From Octopus bimaculoides (taxonomy: Eukaryota), in assembly GCF_001194135.2 (NCBI RefSeq), contig NC_069003.1:36789590-36825953 (forward strand): a stretch of DNA of 36,364 nucleotides, written 5' to 3'. The notes beneath the pieces were generated by a model. That model saw nothing but the letters and a program-made list of their open reading frames with translations. It was not told the DNA's origin and made no database searches. Of the stretch, positions 11,433 to 24,010 are shown piece after piece (position 1 is the first letter of the stretch; each line of letters starts with the position of its first letter). The position numbers were made by a program, and so were the translations under genes.

Positions 11433-12127
11433 CACGCACGCAAAGATACATATACAGAGGAGAGAGAATACATACATATCGAGGCATGTCTTGTATTCTT
11501 ATTGAGTGTTTCTCATGTCATTATTATCATGAGCGTGTGAGAGAATGTCGTCTGCTTTCCTTTATTCGTGCCTACCATAGTTTCATGTTAGAACTTCAAT
11601 CACCGTCTCATGTCTTCGCCACTTTTCTCACGTGACTCCATTCTTTCACTCTTTTATTCCCTTCAAGCTTTCATCTCGTTATTCATTCATGAATGTTTTC
11701 CTGCTGAAATTTTTGTAGGTTACTTTTGTTTTTCAGTTTTTTAAAATTCTTTTCTACTTTCTTTCACACTATTCCCCCCCCCCCTCTCTGTTATGCGAGG
11801 GTGTATGAGAGAGGTAAATAGTCTACAAGTAACAAAGAATATGTTATGGAAAAAACACTTAATAAATTGTAAATCTAGGTTTATCATAATCTTACGAAAT
11901 GGCTGCCGTGTTTCGGCAAAGCGAGTATTCGCTTAGTGTCACTAGCAAAAGGTAACACGCGCGCACACACACACACATACGCATCCGCGCGTGCGCGTAT
12001 GAGTGTGTATATGTTTATTGATTTGGGATATACACAGACCTTTTGTTAAGGTTTAGCTTTTGCTGAAGCTATGTCACACTCTCACTCAACTCTGTGTGCA
12101 CAGTTCCTTACAACGGAAACAGCTGTA

Positions 12128-12151
12128 AGCCAATGAATGTGATTACGTAAC
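12128..12151 (+). promoter_or_regulatory. CCAAT (NF-Y) box next to a perfect D-box
   Basis: AGCCAATGA (12128-12136) and ATTACGTAAC (12142-12151). Confidence 0.35.
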
Positions 12152-12294
12152 TTTTTGTACATTCATTCATATATATAAACAAACCAACACCGTTTGCCTA
12201 CCTGCGTTCCGTAACTTAGCAGTCCTGTAAAAGAAAATGATAAAATGAATACCAAACAAAAAACAGTAATTTCTGGGATGTGTGTGTGTGTATG

Positions 12295-12386
<92 letters not shown>

Positions 12387-15038
12387 NNNNNNNNNNNNNN
12401 NNNNNNNNNNNNNNNNNNNNNNNNNNNNNNNNNNNNNNNNNNNNNNNNNNNNNNNNNNNNNNNNNNNNNNNNNNNNNNNNNNNNNNNNNNNNNNNNNNNN
12501 NNNNNNNNNNNNNNNNNNNNNNNNNNNNNNNNNNNNNNNNNNNNNNNNNNNNNNNNNNNNNNNNNNNNNNNNNNNNNNNNNNNNNNNNNNNNNNNNNNNN
12601 NNNNNNNNNNNNNNNNNNNNNNNNNNNNNNNNNNNNNNNNNNNNNNNNNNNNNNNNNNNNNNNNNNNNNNNNNNNNNNNNNNNNNNNNNNNNNNNNNNNN
12701 NNNNNNNNNNNNNNNNNNNNNNNNNNNNNNNNNNNNNNNNNNNNNNNNNNNNNNNNNNNNNNNNNNNNNNNNNNNNNNNNNNNNNNNNNNNNNNNNNNNN
12801 NNNNNNNNNNNNNNNNNNNNNNNNNNNNNNNNNNNNNNNNNNNNNNNNNNNNNNNNNNNNNNNNNNNNNNNNNNNNNNNNNNNNNNNNNNNNNNNNNNNN
12901 NNNNNNNNNNNNNNNNNNNNNNNNNNNNNNNNNNNNNNNNNNNNNNNNNNNNNNNNNNNNNNNNNNNNNNNNNNNNNNNNNNNNNNNNNNNNNNNNNNNN
13001 NNNNNNNNNNNNNNNNNNNNNNNNNNNNNNNNNNNNNNNNNNNNNNNNNNNNNNNNNNNNNNNNNNNNNNNNNNNNNNNNNNNNNNNNNNNNNNNNNNNN
13101 NNNNNNNNNNNNNNNNNNNNNNNNNNNNNNNNNNNNNNNNNNNNNNNNNNNNNNNNNNNNNNNNNNNNNNNNNNNNNNNNNNNNNNNNNNNNNNNNNNNN
13201 NNNNNNNNNNNNNNNNNNNNNNNNNNNNNNNCTCTCATATTAATTCTTTCTTATCTTTCTCTTCTCCTCCACACACATTTCCTAAACACGTGCGTTTGTT
13301 GCTTTACTTTCAATTTCACGTCTGCTTCCTCTTACAATCCCCTTTCCCTCCTCCTCCTCCTCCACCATTCTCTCTGCTCCCACCACCACCACCACCACCA
13401 CCACCAATCAACTACCATTCTTTCTTCCCCTCCCCTCCCACTTCATTTCTTTATCCCTGTCCCTTTTTTTTTATCCCTAGACCCCTTTTTTCCCCACTCC
13501 CTTTCTCCTCCCTATTCTTTGTAATTTTTTTCGTCGGATTCGGCAATCTTGACCTAGAAATTGCGCTTGAGTGGAGTAAACAGCATTAAGTTAGTTGAAG
13601 CCTTCTTATTTAATTTTTCCCTTTTTTTTCCTCTAAAAAAGCCCCCTCCCCCTCCTGCTTTATTTCTTTTTTTTTCTTTGTTATTTAATTTGCACATCTA
13701 TTTACCACCTTCTCCTTTTTCCCTTCTACACTGACGTAACACGGGGTTTTAAGGACTCTCGCACTGACAAGAGACGGGAACACAACAAACAATTCCTCGA
13801 TGAATGAAAATTCTTCTCAGTGAAAGAATGCATGAATTAAGAGCGGAAGATCTGTGTGTGTGTGTTGGGGTTTGTGTGTGATAAATAGGCAGGTAAATAG
13901 ATAAGTAGGTGGATAAATATATAAACAGATGGTTACTTTATTATGCTATATATGTATATATATACACACATATACACAAAAATGCATGTGTGCTAATATG
14001 TGTTTATATACGTTTACGCATGCGTAAATTCTTGAAATATAATTTTCGTGTTTATATCCAATTCTTTGTTTACGTGGGCGTGTTTACAAATCCATGTATG
14101 TATATTGTATGTAATGTGTGTGTGTGTGTGTGTAAATATATGTAATTACCACAAGCATTGGTCCGTTGTGTGTGTGTGTGTGTGTGTTGTTGTTGTTTAG
14201 GCCCAGTTCAGCTGTGGAAGATGCAACCGTGACCATCACGTAATAATCTTATGTGCAAACAAAAAAACAAAATACTCATTACCTAACGTATCTTTTTTGA
14301 GGTGGTGGTCGTGGTGGAGATGCAATAGTTCGACGATATTTTGCTGTTGTTTCTAGTAGGACTGTATGCCTATGTTATGCATGTGTGTATGTATATATAT
14401 ATATATATATATGAATACATAGATATATTTATCGACACACATATACATATATGCACACATGCATACAAGCACACACAGTATAGCCAAACATTAGTTTGTC
14501 CTTTCCTTTTTTTCTTTTGCTACGAAACTGTAGGCCCTCGAGTCACTTCTAGAGCTTCACAACAAATGCATGGTGTGTGTGTGTGTGTGTGTGTGTTACG
14601 TGTCGAGTTGTTGCCCCCACCCTCGTTTTTAACGTCAAACATTACATATGCATGTGTATGTGGTGGTGGGGGGTATGTTACGGGGTTGGCTTAATNNNNN
14701 NNNNNNNNNNNNNNNNNNNNNNNNNNNNNNNNNNNNNNNNNNNNNNNNNNNNNNNNNNNNNNNNNNNNNNNNNNNNNNNNNNNNNNNNNNNNNNNNNNNN
14801 NNNNNNNNNNNNNNNNNNNNNNNNNNNNNNNNNNNNNNNNNNNNNNNNNNNNNNNNNNNNNNNNNNNNNNNNNNNNNNNNNNNNNNNNNNNNNNNNNNNN
14901 NNNNNNNNNNNNNNNNNNNNNNNNNNNNNNNNNNNNNNNNNNNNNNNNNNNNNNNNNNNNNNNNNNNNNNNNNNNNNNNNNNNNNNNNNNNNNNNNNNNN
15001 NNNNNNNNNNNNNNNNNNNNNNNNNNNNNNNNNNNNNN

Positions 15039-15080
<42 letters not shown>

Positions 15081-15212
15081 CTGACCATATCAGTTGTTCT
15101 ACATGTTTTATCTTCAAAGTGGCCAGATCCAGCTTTCCGTTATCTACTCTACAATGTTATTCTAGAAAACTAACACTCATAACTTCGAAATCTCAAAGCT
15201 ACAAGATAATAC

Positions 15213-15249
<37 letters not shown>

Positions 15250-15326
15250 CCCACACTCGTATCTATGCATATATCTATACACACATGTATGTATGTATGT
15301 ATACACACAGCCACAGTTCAATAGTG

Positions 15327-15411
15327 ATGAGTCATTGAGAACCCTAGTGATTGTCACCTGACCATTCAGAGAAGCGAGAACCTACCTCGGAGTAGTGACG
15401 AAGTGAGTCAT
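15327..15411. promoter_or_regulatory. Pair of AP-1 sites
   Basis: ATGAGTCAT (15327-15335) and GTGAGTCAT (15403-15411). Confidence 0.3.
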
Positions 15412-15536
15412 CTTCGAACGAATAAACAATATTCCACACACACACTCACACACACATACATACATTCATATATACAATGTGTGAATGTATGTATTGAGTA
15501 CTATCCTTATTTATTCACCCAAACGTAAATGTGTTT

Positions 15537-15578
<42 letters not shown>

Positions 15579-16001
15579 NNNNNNNNNNNNNNNNNNNNNN
15601 NNNNNNNNNNNNNNNNNNNNNNNNNNNNNNNNNNNNNNNNNNNNNNNNNNNNNNNNNNNNNNNNNNNNNNNNNNNNNNATATATATATATATATAGATGT
15701 GTGTATATATATATAGAGATGTGTATATATATATGCCCACCTCATGCAAGTTAGTGTTGTGTACGCACGTACTGGTACGTATATATGTATATGCATAATT
15801 ACATGCAAATGTACGTATGTGTGTGTGCGCGTGTAAAACCTTGTTGTTGTTGGGGGGGAGGTGTACACGTAAAATGTGGGAAACCCGAAATGCTCTTGTG
15901 ATATTTATTCAGTTCCCAAGGGAACTAGCATCAGAAGGGAAGCAGTTCAAAGGTAAGCCTCGAAACCGGCTCGACTCCTTTACTCGTCGACTGTGAAATC
16001 T

Positions 16002-16012
16002 AAAGTAGGTCA
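16002..16012 (+). promoter_or_regulatory. RORE
   Basis: AAAGTAGGTCA, a perfect consensus match in non-repetitive sequence. Confidence 0.45.
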
Positions 16013-16382
16013 CCGTTACCGGCTAATTGTTAAGATGCATATGGAAGTTGTGGCCTCCATGCCTTCACCGAATCTATTTATGCTGTGATGGGTGTTTATT
16101 AAACTTCAAAACAGCCCCGAATGGATCTGAGCTGACAAAGTGTCGTCAAGCTGTTACAATCCCTCGTTGTTAGGGGTTCTCTAAATATAAGGGGCACCCA
16201 GCACTTTCAGTAGGTTAGGACCTGCGTCTTTCCTTTGTTTAACACAAACAAAGTTTTGAGGGAGATTTGGCTGCTATTTCGCTGACCGAACATTTTTTTC
16301 ATATATAAAGTTTATCTTAATTTATGCTAGGCACGAAACTCTCACCCTTTTAACCACTTTTACATCTGATACAAATTTAAAA

Positions 16383-16423
<41 letters not shown>

Positions 16424-16436
16424 TATATACATATTT

Positions 16437-16650
16437 GTGTGTTTGTATTTGTCTCCCCGTCACGGCCGCTTGACAACCGATGCTGGTGTGTTTATGTTAC
16501 CGTAACTTAGCGCTTCGGCCAAAGAATCCGATAGAATAAGCTCTAGGCTTAAAAAGAATAAGTCCTGGGCTCGATTTCTTGACTAACACCCTTTAAGGTG
16601 GTGCTCCAGTAAGGCCGCAGTCAAACGACTGAAACAAATAAGGAAATAAG
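16437..16650 (+). mobile_element. SINE family B tail module
   Basis: GCTTGACAACCGATGCTGGTGTGTTTATGTTACCGTAACTTAGCG...AATAAGTCCTGGGCTCGATTT...GGTGCTCCAGTAAGGCCGCAGTCAAACGACTGAAAC; partial copies at 12190-12255 (CCGTAACTTAGC) and 26555-26636. Confidence 0.7.
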
Positions 16651-17447
16651 ATGGATATGTGTATATGTGTGTATGTGTGTATATATACACAATACATGCT
16701 TCCGTGTTTAGGTTTATGAACAATGTGTGTTCATGTTTTCTTGTTATTACTCTTGTGTTGTTGTTGTTTTATGATAAACGCTGTTCCTTGCTTTTAAAGG
16801 CTTTTAGTTGTGTAGCATGTGATTTGAGGGAGATTTTGGCTGCCATTTCTAAGATGTTGCCTTATCCCTCTTTCTCTATTAAACTTTCTATGCATGCATG
16901 TATGTGTGTGTATGTGTGTGTGTGTTTGTATGTATATATATATATGTGTGTGTGTGTGTATATCTATATATAGAACCAATATGTAAGCGCATTGCTGTCA
17001 GTGTGTTTGTGTATGTATGTATCTTTGTATGTATGTAGATTGATGCTCCTATACTGGCCCCAGTTTTACTTGGAACTAAACAGGGGACAGAGCCCCATAA
17101 TAGAATGCACTCTAGCTGCTGTTTCTAGCAGGTCGAGCGATCACGAAGAAGCTATCTATCGAACAAGCTGTGTGTGTGTGTGTGTTTTCTATAAATTATT
17201 TAGAACAATGTGTAAATATCCGTTATTGACTGTGTGAGTAGGCTTGCATGTGTGTATGCGTGTGTGTTAGTTTTGTAGAGCGGTGGGTGTGTGTGTGTGT
17301 TTATTTTCCAATTGACCACGTTGTCGGTTACAATTCAGAGCATCTCGCGAAAACGTTTGGAATATATTTTGCTCAACATGTTCAATCAAAACCATTCTCT
17401 CTCTCTCTCTCTCTCTCTCTTTCTCCCTCCCTCTCTCTCACACACAC

Positions 17448-17503
<56 letters not shown>

Positions 17504-17616
17504 TGAAAGATGCATAGGGTATATGTAATGTGTTTGTATTCATTGTGAAATGCTCTGACCCAGCTTATATAGTAGTAGAAAGGTGCTCTCTCTATCTATC
17601 TATCGATCTATTTAAC

Positions 17617-17661
<45 letters not shown>

Positions 17662-17849
17662 CTATCCATATATCGATCTATCTATCTATCGATCTATCTA
17701 TCTATCTGTGTGTGTGTGTGTGTGTCCATGTAATTTTCTGGAGCAATGTGTGTGTGTGTGTTCATATGTGTGAAATTCCATCTATTTGGTGTGAATTTAT
17801 GGAACTTTCGACTCTTCATGCATATGGGTAGATGAATATTTTAATTAGG

Positions 17850-17886
<37 letters not shown>

Positions 17887-18338
17887 CATATAAATTATTA
17901 GAGTTATGTACATGTGTGTATGTAAATTATCAGCACTACGTGTGTGTGTGTGTGTGTTCATTGTGTAATCGCGAATATATTACATGTGTACACGAATCTG
18001 TATTTAGAGCGATCGATGTGTGGTATGTATATATGTTTGGCTGTGTTCGTGTGTGTATATATATATATGGTGTGTGTGTGTGTGTGTGTATGTTGAACAG
18101 TGTTCTAATGAGAACGATGTGTGGAGAAATGTTTTAATTAGAACGACGTGTATTGAAATGTTTTAATTTAGGGCGATGTGTGTGTACGTGTGTTTAGCAG
18201 TGTGTGAGTGTATTTGTAATATGTATGTGTTCGGCATCTGTGTTCGTGGATACGTTTCTAGAACACTGTGTGTGTGTGCGGAGTGTTTGTATAATATCGA
18301 GATGGCTCCTCCCTCTCTCTCCTTTACGCATGTATGAT

Positions 18339-18373
<35 letters not shown>

Positions 18374-18504
18374 TTTATGGAGCAATCAATGCGAATTTAG
18401 AAATGGCTTTAATTAGATCGATGTGTAGGTTGTACGTACATGTATGTGTATGCGTGCGTGTGTATGTGTTCTTGCGTGTTTTTTATGTATTTTTCGATAG
18501 CTCT

Positions 18505-18733
<229 letters not shown>

Positions 18734-18804
18734 TTATGCCCCATACACATGCCTGGGTATGTATTGTGTGTGTATGTTACTTCCCTTAATCCGTGCGATT
18801 GTAT

Positions 18805-18989
18805 TTTATGTAATTTATTGTGCAGTCACTATGTTTGTGTGTGTGTGTGTATCTGTATGTGGATATTTTAATTAAAGCGAACTATGCGTTTATGTAATTT
18901 CCAGGTATGTCTCTCCCCCCCCTCCCTCTCCCCCTCTCTCGTTTCCTCTCTGGTGCGGACGTTTGCCAATGTGTGTGTATTTATGTAAT
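18805..18989 (+). promoter_or_regulatory. Cluster of three D-box (PAR/NFIL3) cores
   Basis: TTTATGTAAT three times; TTATGTAA cores start at 18806, 18890 and 18981. Confidence 0.35.
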
Positions 18990-19149
18990 AACTCGATCGA
19001 TCTGTTTATTAGAAATGTAAGTATGCATCAGTAGATGTGTGCGTGTGTTTCTAGGCCATTATGTGTGTGTGTGTGTGTGTGTGTGAGTAGGCGGAGGCGG
19101 TGACGGAGTGGGAAGAGAGAGAGAGAGTGAGAGAGAAGCAATTTGCATG

Positions 19150-19160
19150 TGACCTATATA
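19150..19160 (-). promoter_or_regulatory. RORE
   Basis: Reverse complement TATATAGGTCA, a perfect consensus match. Confidence 0.35.
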
Positions 19161-19548
19161 GCTGAAATAGATAAACAATATGGTTGCTGCTGCAGTTGCT
19201 GCTGCTGCTACGACTTACACATAATCACATACACACACATACCATTATGTATATATAGTACACACACACACACACACACACAATTATAGTATATTGCGTA
19301 TATAGTGTGTGTATGTATACATATACTTACATATTGGTGGGGTCCATATAAATATATATATTATATATATAATATTGTGTATATATTATGTATGTATACA
19401 TATATATCTATAAAATATAGATTATGCGTGTTGGTCTGTACGCTCACTTCTCATTGAAGTCGTCATGTGTGTGTGTGTGTGTGTGTATATATAGATACAC
19501 ACACTATATATATATATATGCGTGTGTGTGTATTTGTTTGTATGTATG

Positions 19549-19594
<46 letters not shown>

Positions 19595-20440
19595 CATACA
19601 TACAAACAAATACACACACACGCACACACACACTATATCCTGGTGGTGATGTGGTCCGATTCTTTCTTTTGCCTCATATTCTATGACGACGAGTTGTGTG
19701 CCGCAAGGGAGGACAAATTAGAGACCAAAACGTATTTGGGGGCAGGGGGTACATTGGTGTGAAAGGGTCAGTGGTCAAGCAGGTAGAAGAAGCACCTGGC
19801 TATTGATTTAATTTGTCTTTCGTCCTTGGAAGGCTGAAAGACAAATTCGGCCGAAGGTCCAGCTTTGGACTTGGCGGCATCTCTTCAACACCACCACCGC
19901 CGTGAACAACGACGACGAAACGGCCTCCTCGTGGCACAGTCCCCACAGTGCCACTTTTGCACGGGTCGATTGGACAACGTTATTATTACTGTGAAATACA
20001 AGAAGTCGGGGTGATCACATCTGGAACACCTTTGATTATGTATTTTCGTTCAGAGCTGACCTGGAGATTACTAATTTCGGTACAAGACCTGATATTTAGG
20101 GATAAAAAAAAAAACGCTAGAGTCGATTGCACCCCACCCCACGCCTTTTGTTTTCATCTGTTGTGGGTGGGCCTCACCCTCGCTTATCCACCCGTCTACC
20201 ATTCTATTGTGCGTAGGGACAACAAAATGGTTCTACTTCCCACTCCAAGGTGCTGAAACAACACAAGGCACCGCGCGCGCACACACACACACATGAAAAG
20301 TCATTCGATCCTGGCAATTATACCTTCGTATCGATTTTTAGGGGACACGGGGACATTTTATGTCTCCCCTCCCTGACACCCTTCTCTACACTTTATTTAC
20401 CTATTGTGCGTGGATCTATATATATATATATAATATTTGT

Positions 20441-21394
20441 CATCGTCATCATCATCATTTAACGTCCGCTTTCCATGCGATTTGACTGAGGACTGGCGAA
20501 CCAGATGGCTGCACCAGGCTCCAATCTGATCTGGCAGAGTTTCTACAGCTGGATGCCCTTCCTAATGCCAACCACTCTGAGAGTGTAGTGGTTGCTTTTA
20601 CGTGCCATCGGCACGAGGGTCAGTCAGACGGTACTGGCAACGGCCAAGCTCAAGTGGTGTTTTTTACGTGCCACCTGCACAGGGGCCAGTCCAGCGGCAC
20701 TGGCAACGACCTCGCTCGAATGTTCTTTTCACGTGCCAGTAAGGCGACGCTGGTACCGAACACGTTCGAATGGTGCTCTTTACGTGCCACCGGCACGGAA
20801 GCCAGTCGGCTGCTCTGGCAGCGATCCCGCTCGGATGGTGCTGTCAGCGCTCCACCGGCGTGGGTGCCAGTCATCGAATTTGCGAATTTGATTTGATTTC
20901 GATTTCACTTGCCTCAACAGGTCTTGGCAAGCAAAGTTTAGTGTCCAATGAAGGAAAGGTACGCATAAGTGGGCTGGTGACACCCCTGGCATAGGCCACC
21001 TGTTATAATCTCACTTGGCTTCGAACAGCATATTTCCAAAGGTCTCGGTCACTAGTCATTGCCTCGGTGAGGCCTAATATTCGAAGGTCGTGCTTCACCA
21101 CCTCATCCCAGGTCTTCTTGGGTCTACCTCTTCCACAGGATCCCTCAACCGCTAGGGTGTGGCCCTTTTTCACACAGCTATCCTCATCAATTCTTGCCAC
21201 ATGTCCATACCAGCGCAATCATCTCTCTTGCACACCACAACTGATGCTTTTTAGGTCCAATTTTTCTCTCAAGGTACTTACACTCTGTCGAGTATGCACA
21301 CTGACATTACACATCCATTGGAGAATACTGGCTTCGTTCCTTGCCAGCTTACGCATGTCCTCAGCAGTCACGGCCCATGTTTCACTGCCATGTA
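20441..21394 (-). mobile_element. RTE-clade LINE 3' fragment (dead): C-terminal end of the RT ORF, ~550-bp 3'UTR and (GAT)n tail; the 5' part is lost in the gap
   Basis: Minus-strand translation HGSETWAVTAEDMRKL...LREKL...VQER*LRWYGHVARIDEDSCVKK...VEGSCGRGRPKKTWDEVVKHDLRILGL...DRDLWK is the typical RTE C-terminus (GSETW, LRWxGHV, GRGRPxKTW). It has an in-frame TGA at 21219-21221 where Arg is expected (consistent with CGA>TGA). Tail is (CAT)n on + at 20441-20458. Confidence 0.88.
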
Positions 21395-22223
21395 NNNNNN
21401 NNNNNNNNNNNNNNNNNNNNNNNNNNNNNNNNNNNNNNNNNNNNNNNNNNNNNNNNNNNNNNNNNNNNNNNNNNNNNNNNNNNNNNNNNNNNNNNNNNNN
21501 NNNNNNNNNNNNNNNNNNNNNNNNNNNNNNNNNNNNNNNNNNNNNNNNNNNNNNNNNNNNNNNNNNNNNNNNNNNNNNNNNNNNNNNNNNNNNNNNNNNN
21601 NNNNNNNNNNNNNNNNNNNNNNNNNNNNNNNNNNNNNNNNNNNNNNNNNNNNNNNNNNNNNNNNNNNNNNNNNNNNNNNNNNNNNNNNNNNNNNNNNNNN
21701 NNNNNNNNNNNNNNNNNNNNNNNNNNNNNNNNNNNNNNNNNNNNNNNNNNNNNNNNNNNNNNNNNNNNNNNNNNNNNNNNNNNNNNNNNNNNNNNNNNNN
21801 NNNNNNNNNNNNNNNNNNNNNNNNNNNNNNNNNNNNNNNNNNNNNNNNNNNNNNNNNNNNNNNNNNNNNNNNNNNNNNNNNNNNNNNNNNNNNNNNNNNN
21901 NNNNNNNNNNNNNNNNNNNNNNNNNNNNNNNNNNNNNNNNNNNNNNNNNNNNNNNNNNNNNNNNNNNNNNNNNNNNNNNNNNNNNNNNNNNNNNNNNNNN
22001 NNNNNNNNNNNNNNNNNNNNNNNNNNNNNNNNNNNNNNNNNNNNNNNNNNNNNNNNNNNNNNNNNNNNNNNNNNNNNNNNNNNNNNNNNNNNNNNNNNNN
22101 NNNNNNNNNNNNNNNNNNNNNNNNNNNNNNNNNNNTCAAGCGTTGATCAATATCTTCTGAGAATTGGACAGAAAACATCAAGGGCGTCATTCTCGATACT
22201 CGAATGGCTGTGTTTATATATGT

Positions 22224-22267
<44 letters not shown>

Positions 22268-23103
22268 AAGGCAGAGAATTGCATCCCAGCTGACTCCCCT
22301 AATCACAAACCTTGATAATCAATATCCACATTTCATTCTCTGACCTTAAACCAAATGAAAAATAGAGGGGGGGACACATAAAAGCAATAGCATTCCCTCC
22401 ACCCCTTACCGCCTCCCACCCCACGCTTTATATATAAAAATAATAATAAGCTATCCACCCATCCGTAGCTGTTTGTCCTTCCTCAATAGTAACAATGTCA
22501 TGCTTGACTGGACAATGGGTAGATAGGCCGAGGCTAGAGAAAGAGGTAGAGGTGGGTGACTCTGTACAGCAGAAGCAGCACCCGTTCACCCTACCCCCTC
22601 CCTTCCTCCCGCTCCTTCCTCTTCTCCAGCATTTTTTTTTCGTCTTTTATTTTTCTTTCTTTTACCGCTGATGTGCGCCAAGGTTAACCAAGTGCACCTG
22701 CAATTACTGCGGCTGCCCCTACTACTACTACTACTACTGCTGCTGATGTTGCAGAAATATCCCATCAGCCCTGCTCCAGTCCCAACAGTGACACAAGTCG
22801 TTATATTTAGTCATAATTCTCCCTCTTTCCCTTATGTAGGGGACGTGTGTGTGTGTGTGTGTGTGTGTATTTATATATGTGTGTGTGTGCGTATACACAT
22901 ACATATGCATGCGTGCGCGCGCGGTACAGTTTGGCGTCGTAACAAGAAGAGAGTCCTCAATCCAAGATGTGATGTAACATTGTTTATTTAAACTGAATGC
23001 CTTTCCCCCTTGTACCACGTGTTTCATGCCACTGCGGTCATCAGGCGAACTTATTTTCAGGGTTTCGATTTGATCTATCTGCGCGCGCACACACACACAC
23101 ACA

Positions 23104-23142
<39 letters not shown>

Positions 23143-23323
23143 CTCTCTCTCTTTCTCTCACACTCACTCTCTCTCTCTTACGCACACATAAATTACATGT
23201 GCATGTTTTCAAGCGTTTCTCATTTTGAAGTGTCTGCGAACGCCATGCGCACATTATATTCCTCATAACCCAAACAGCAAAGGAAAAGGTACTTTTGCAT
23301 GTATCTCATTATTAGAATGGAGG

Positions 23324-23354
<31 letters not shown>

Positions 23355-23524
23355 CGCTTTTAACGGTGAAACTCGAAGTATACAAAGCTATAAATGACAG
23401 CGTATAAATATTGGGTTATGAAAACCGCTGAATGGGAAAAGTTGAAGGCTGTCCGCAACATGATACAAAGCAGTCCTTTGAAGTTCTTCAATCTGTTGTT
23501 TATGTCGTAAGAATTTAAATGGAG

Positions 23525-23590
23525 CCTCGTAGGACTGGAACCCACGACTTCTGTGAGCATGCCACACGTTCTATCATGATGTATGGACAG
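23525..23590 (-). mobile_element. Degenerate tRNA-like SINE head
   Basis: Reverse complement GATAGAACGTGTGGCATGCTCACAGAAGTCGTGGGTTCCAGTCC contains a B-box-like GGTTCCAGTCC. Confidence 0.35.
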
Positions 23591-23715
23591 ACAGATAGAA
23601 CTCTTCCTCTCATTATCTGTCACAACACCTCCCTAAGTAACTCTCACATCAATGTTCTGTCAGAAGAAATGGATCGATAGTATATGTGTGGTGGGGAGGG
23701 AGTTGACTTTTTCTC

Positions 23716-24010
23716 CGTGGTGGTTGCTCGATCTACTACAGCAAGTAGCTAAGTCTCGCTTAAGTCATTACCTCTTATCTTAAATAAATACACGATAGTG
23801 TAATCCGAGGTATATAGAATGGACGAAACGGTCACGCCTGGACCACACTTCCTCACAGATCTCGATTCGGACTCATTTAGAAAGTTTACAATAACAACAA
23901 CAAATCAGTTTCGCCCAACGAGGGATGACCTGCGCTATCTTTCGACCTCCTAGAAATGAGAGCCAAATTTCCTCCAAACCATAACATACCGTCTTAAAGG
24001 AAAGGGCTCG
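23716..24010 (+). repeat. Family C tandem pair (degenerate full copy plus head of another)
   Basis: GTGGTTGCTCGATCTACT...GGTCACGCCTGGA...(AAC)n, then TCGACCTCCTAGAAATGAGAGCCAAATTTCCTCC...CCGTCTTAAA. Confidence 0.55.

Larger units (their letters stand above)
5385..17150 (-). repeat. Scattered minus-strand family C fragments (about 5385-5480, 8940-8990, 14185-14240, 16255-16285, 16820-16855, 17105-17150); the span is not continuous
   Basis: Recurrent GAGGGAGATTT(T)GGCTGCYATTTC (16257, 16825), GCTGCTGTTTCTAGCAGGTCGAGCGA (17114), TTTAGCTGCTATTTC (5461), GTTTGACTGCTATTTCCAGCA (8944). Confidence 0.6.

Noticed and set aside
20590-20875. Self-cleaving ribozyme or CRISPR-like array in the tandem hairpin units
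   Set aside because: No CUGANGA/GAAA hammerhead core on the sense strand. The units are diverged whole-unit duplicates rather than repeat plus unique spacer, and the context is a eukaryotic LINE 3'UTR.
21219-22190. 323-aa minus-strand ORF as a long intact RT frame
   Set aside because: Only 21219-21394 is RTE-like. The rest is N, and the sequence beyond the gap (22136-22190) does not resemble RT.
22409-22440. TATA-box-like TATATAAAAA with upstream C-rich boxes
   Set aside because: TATA-like words are very common in this AT-microsatellite-rich DNA, and I found no Inr or good donor downstream.
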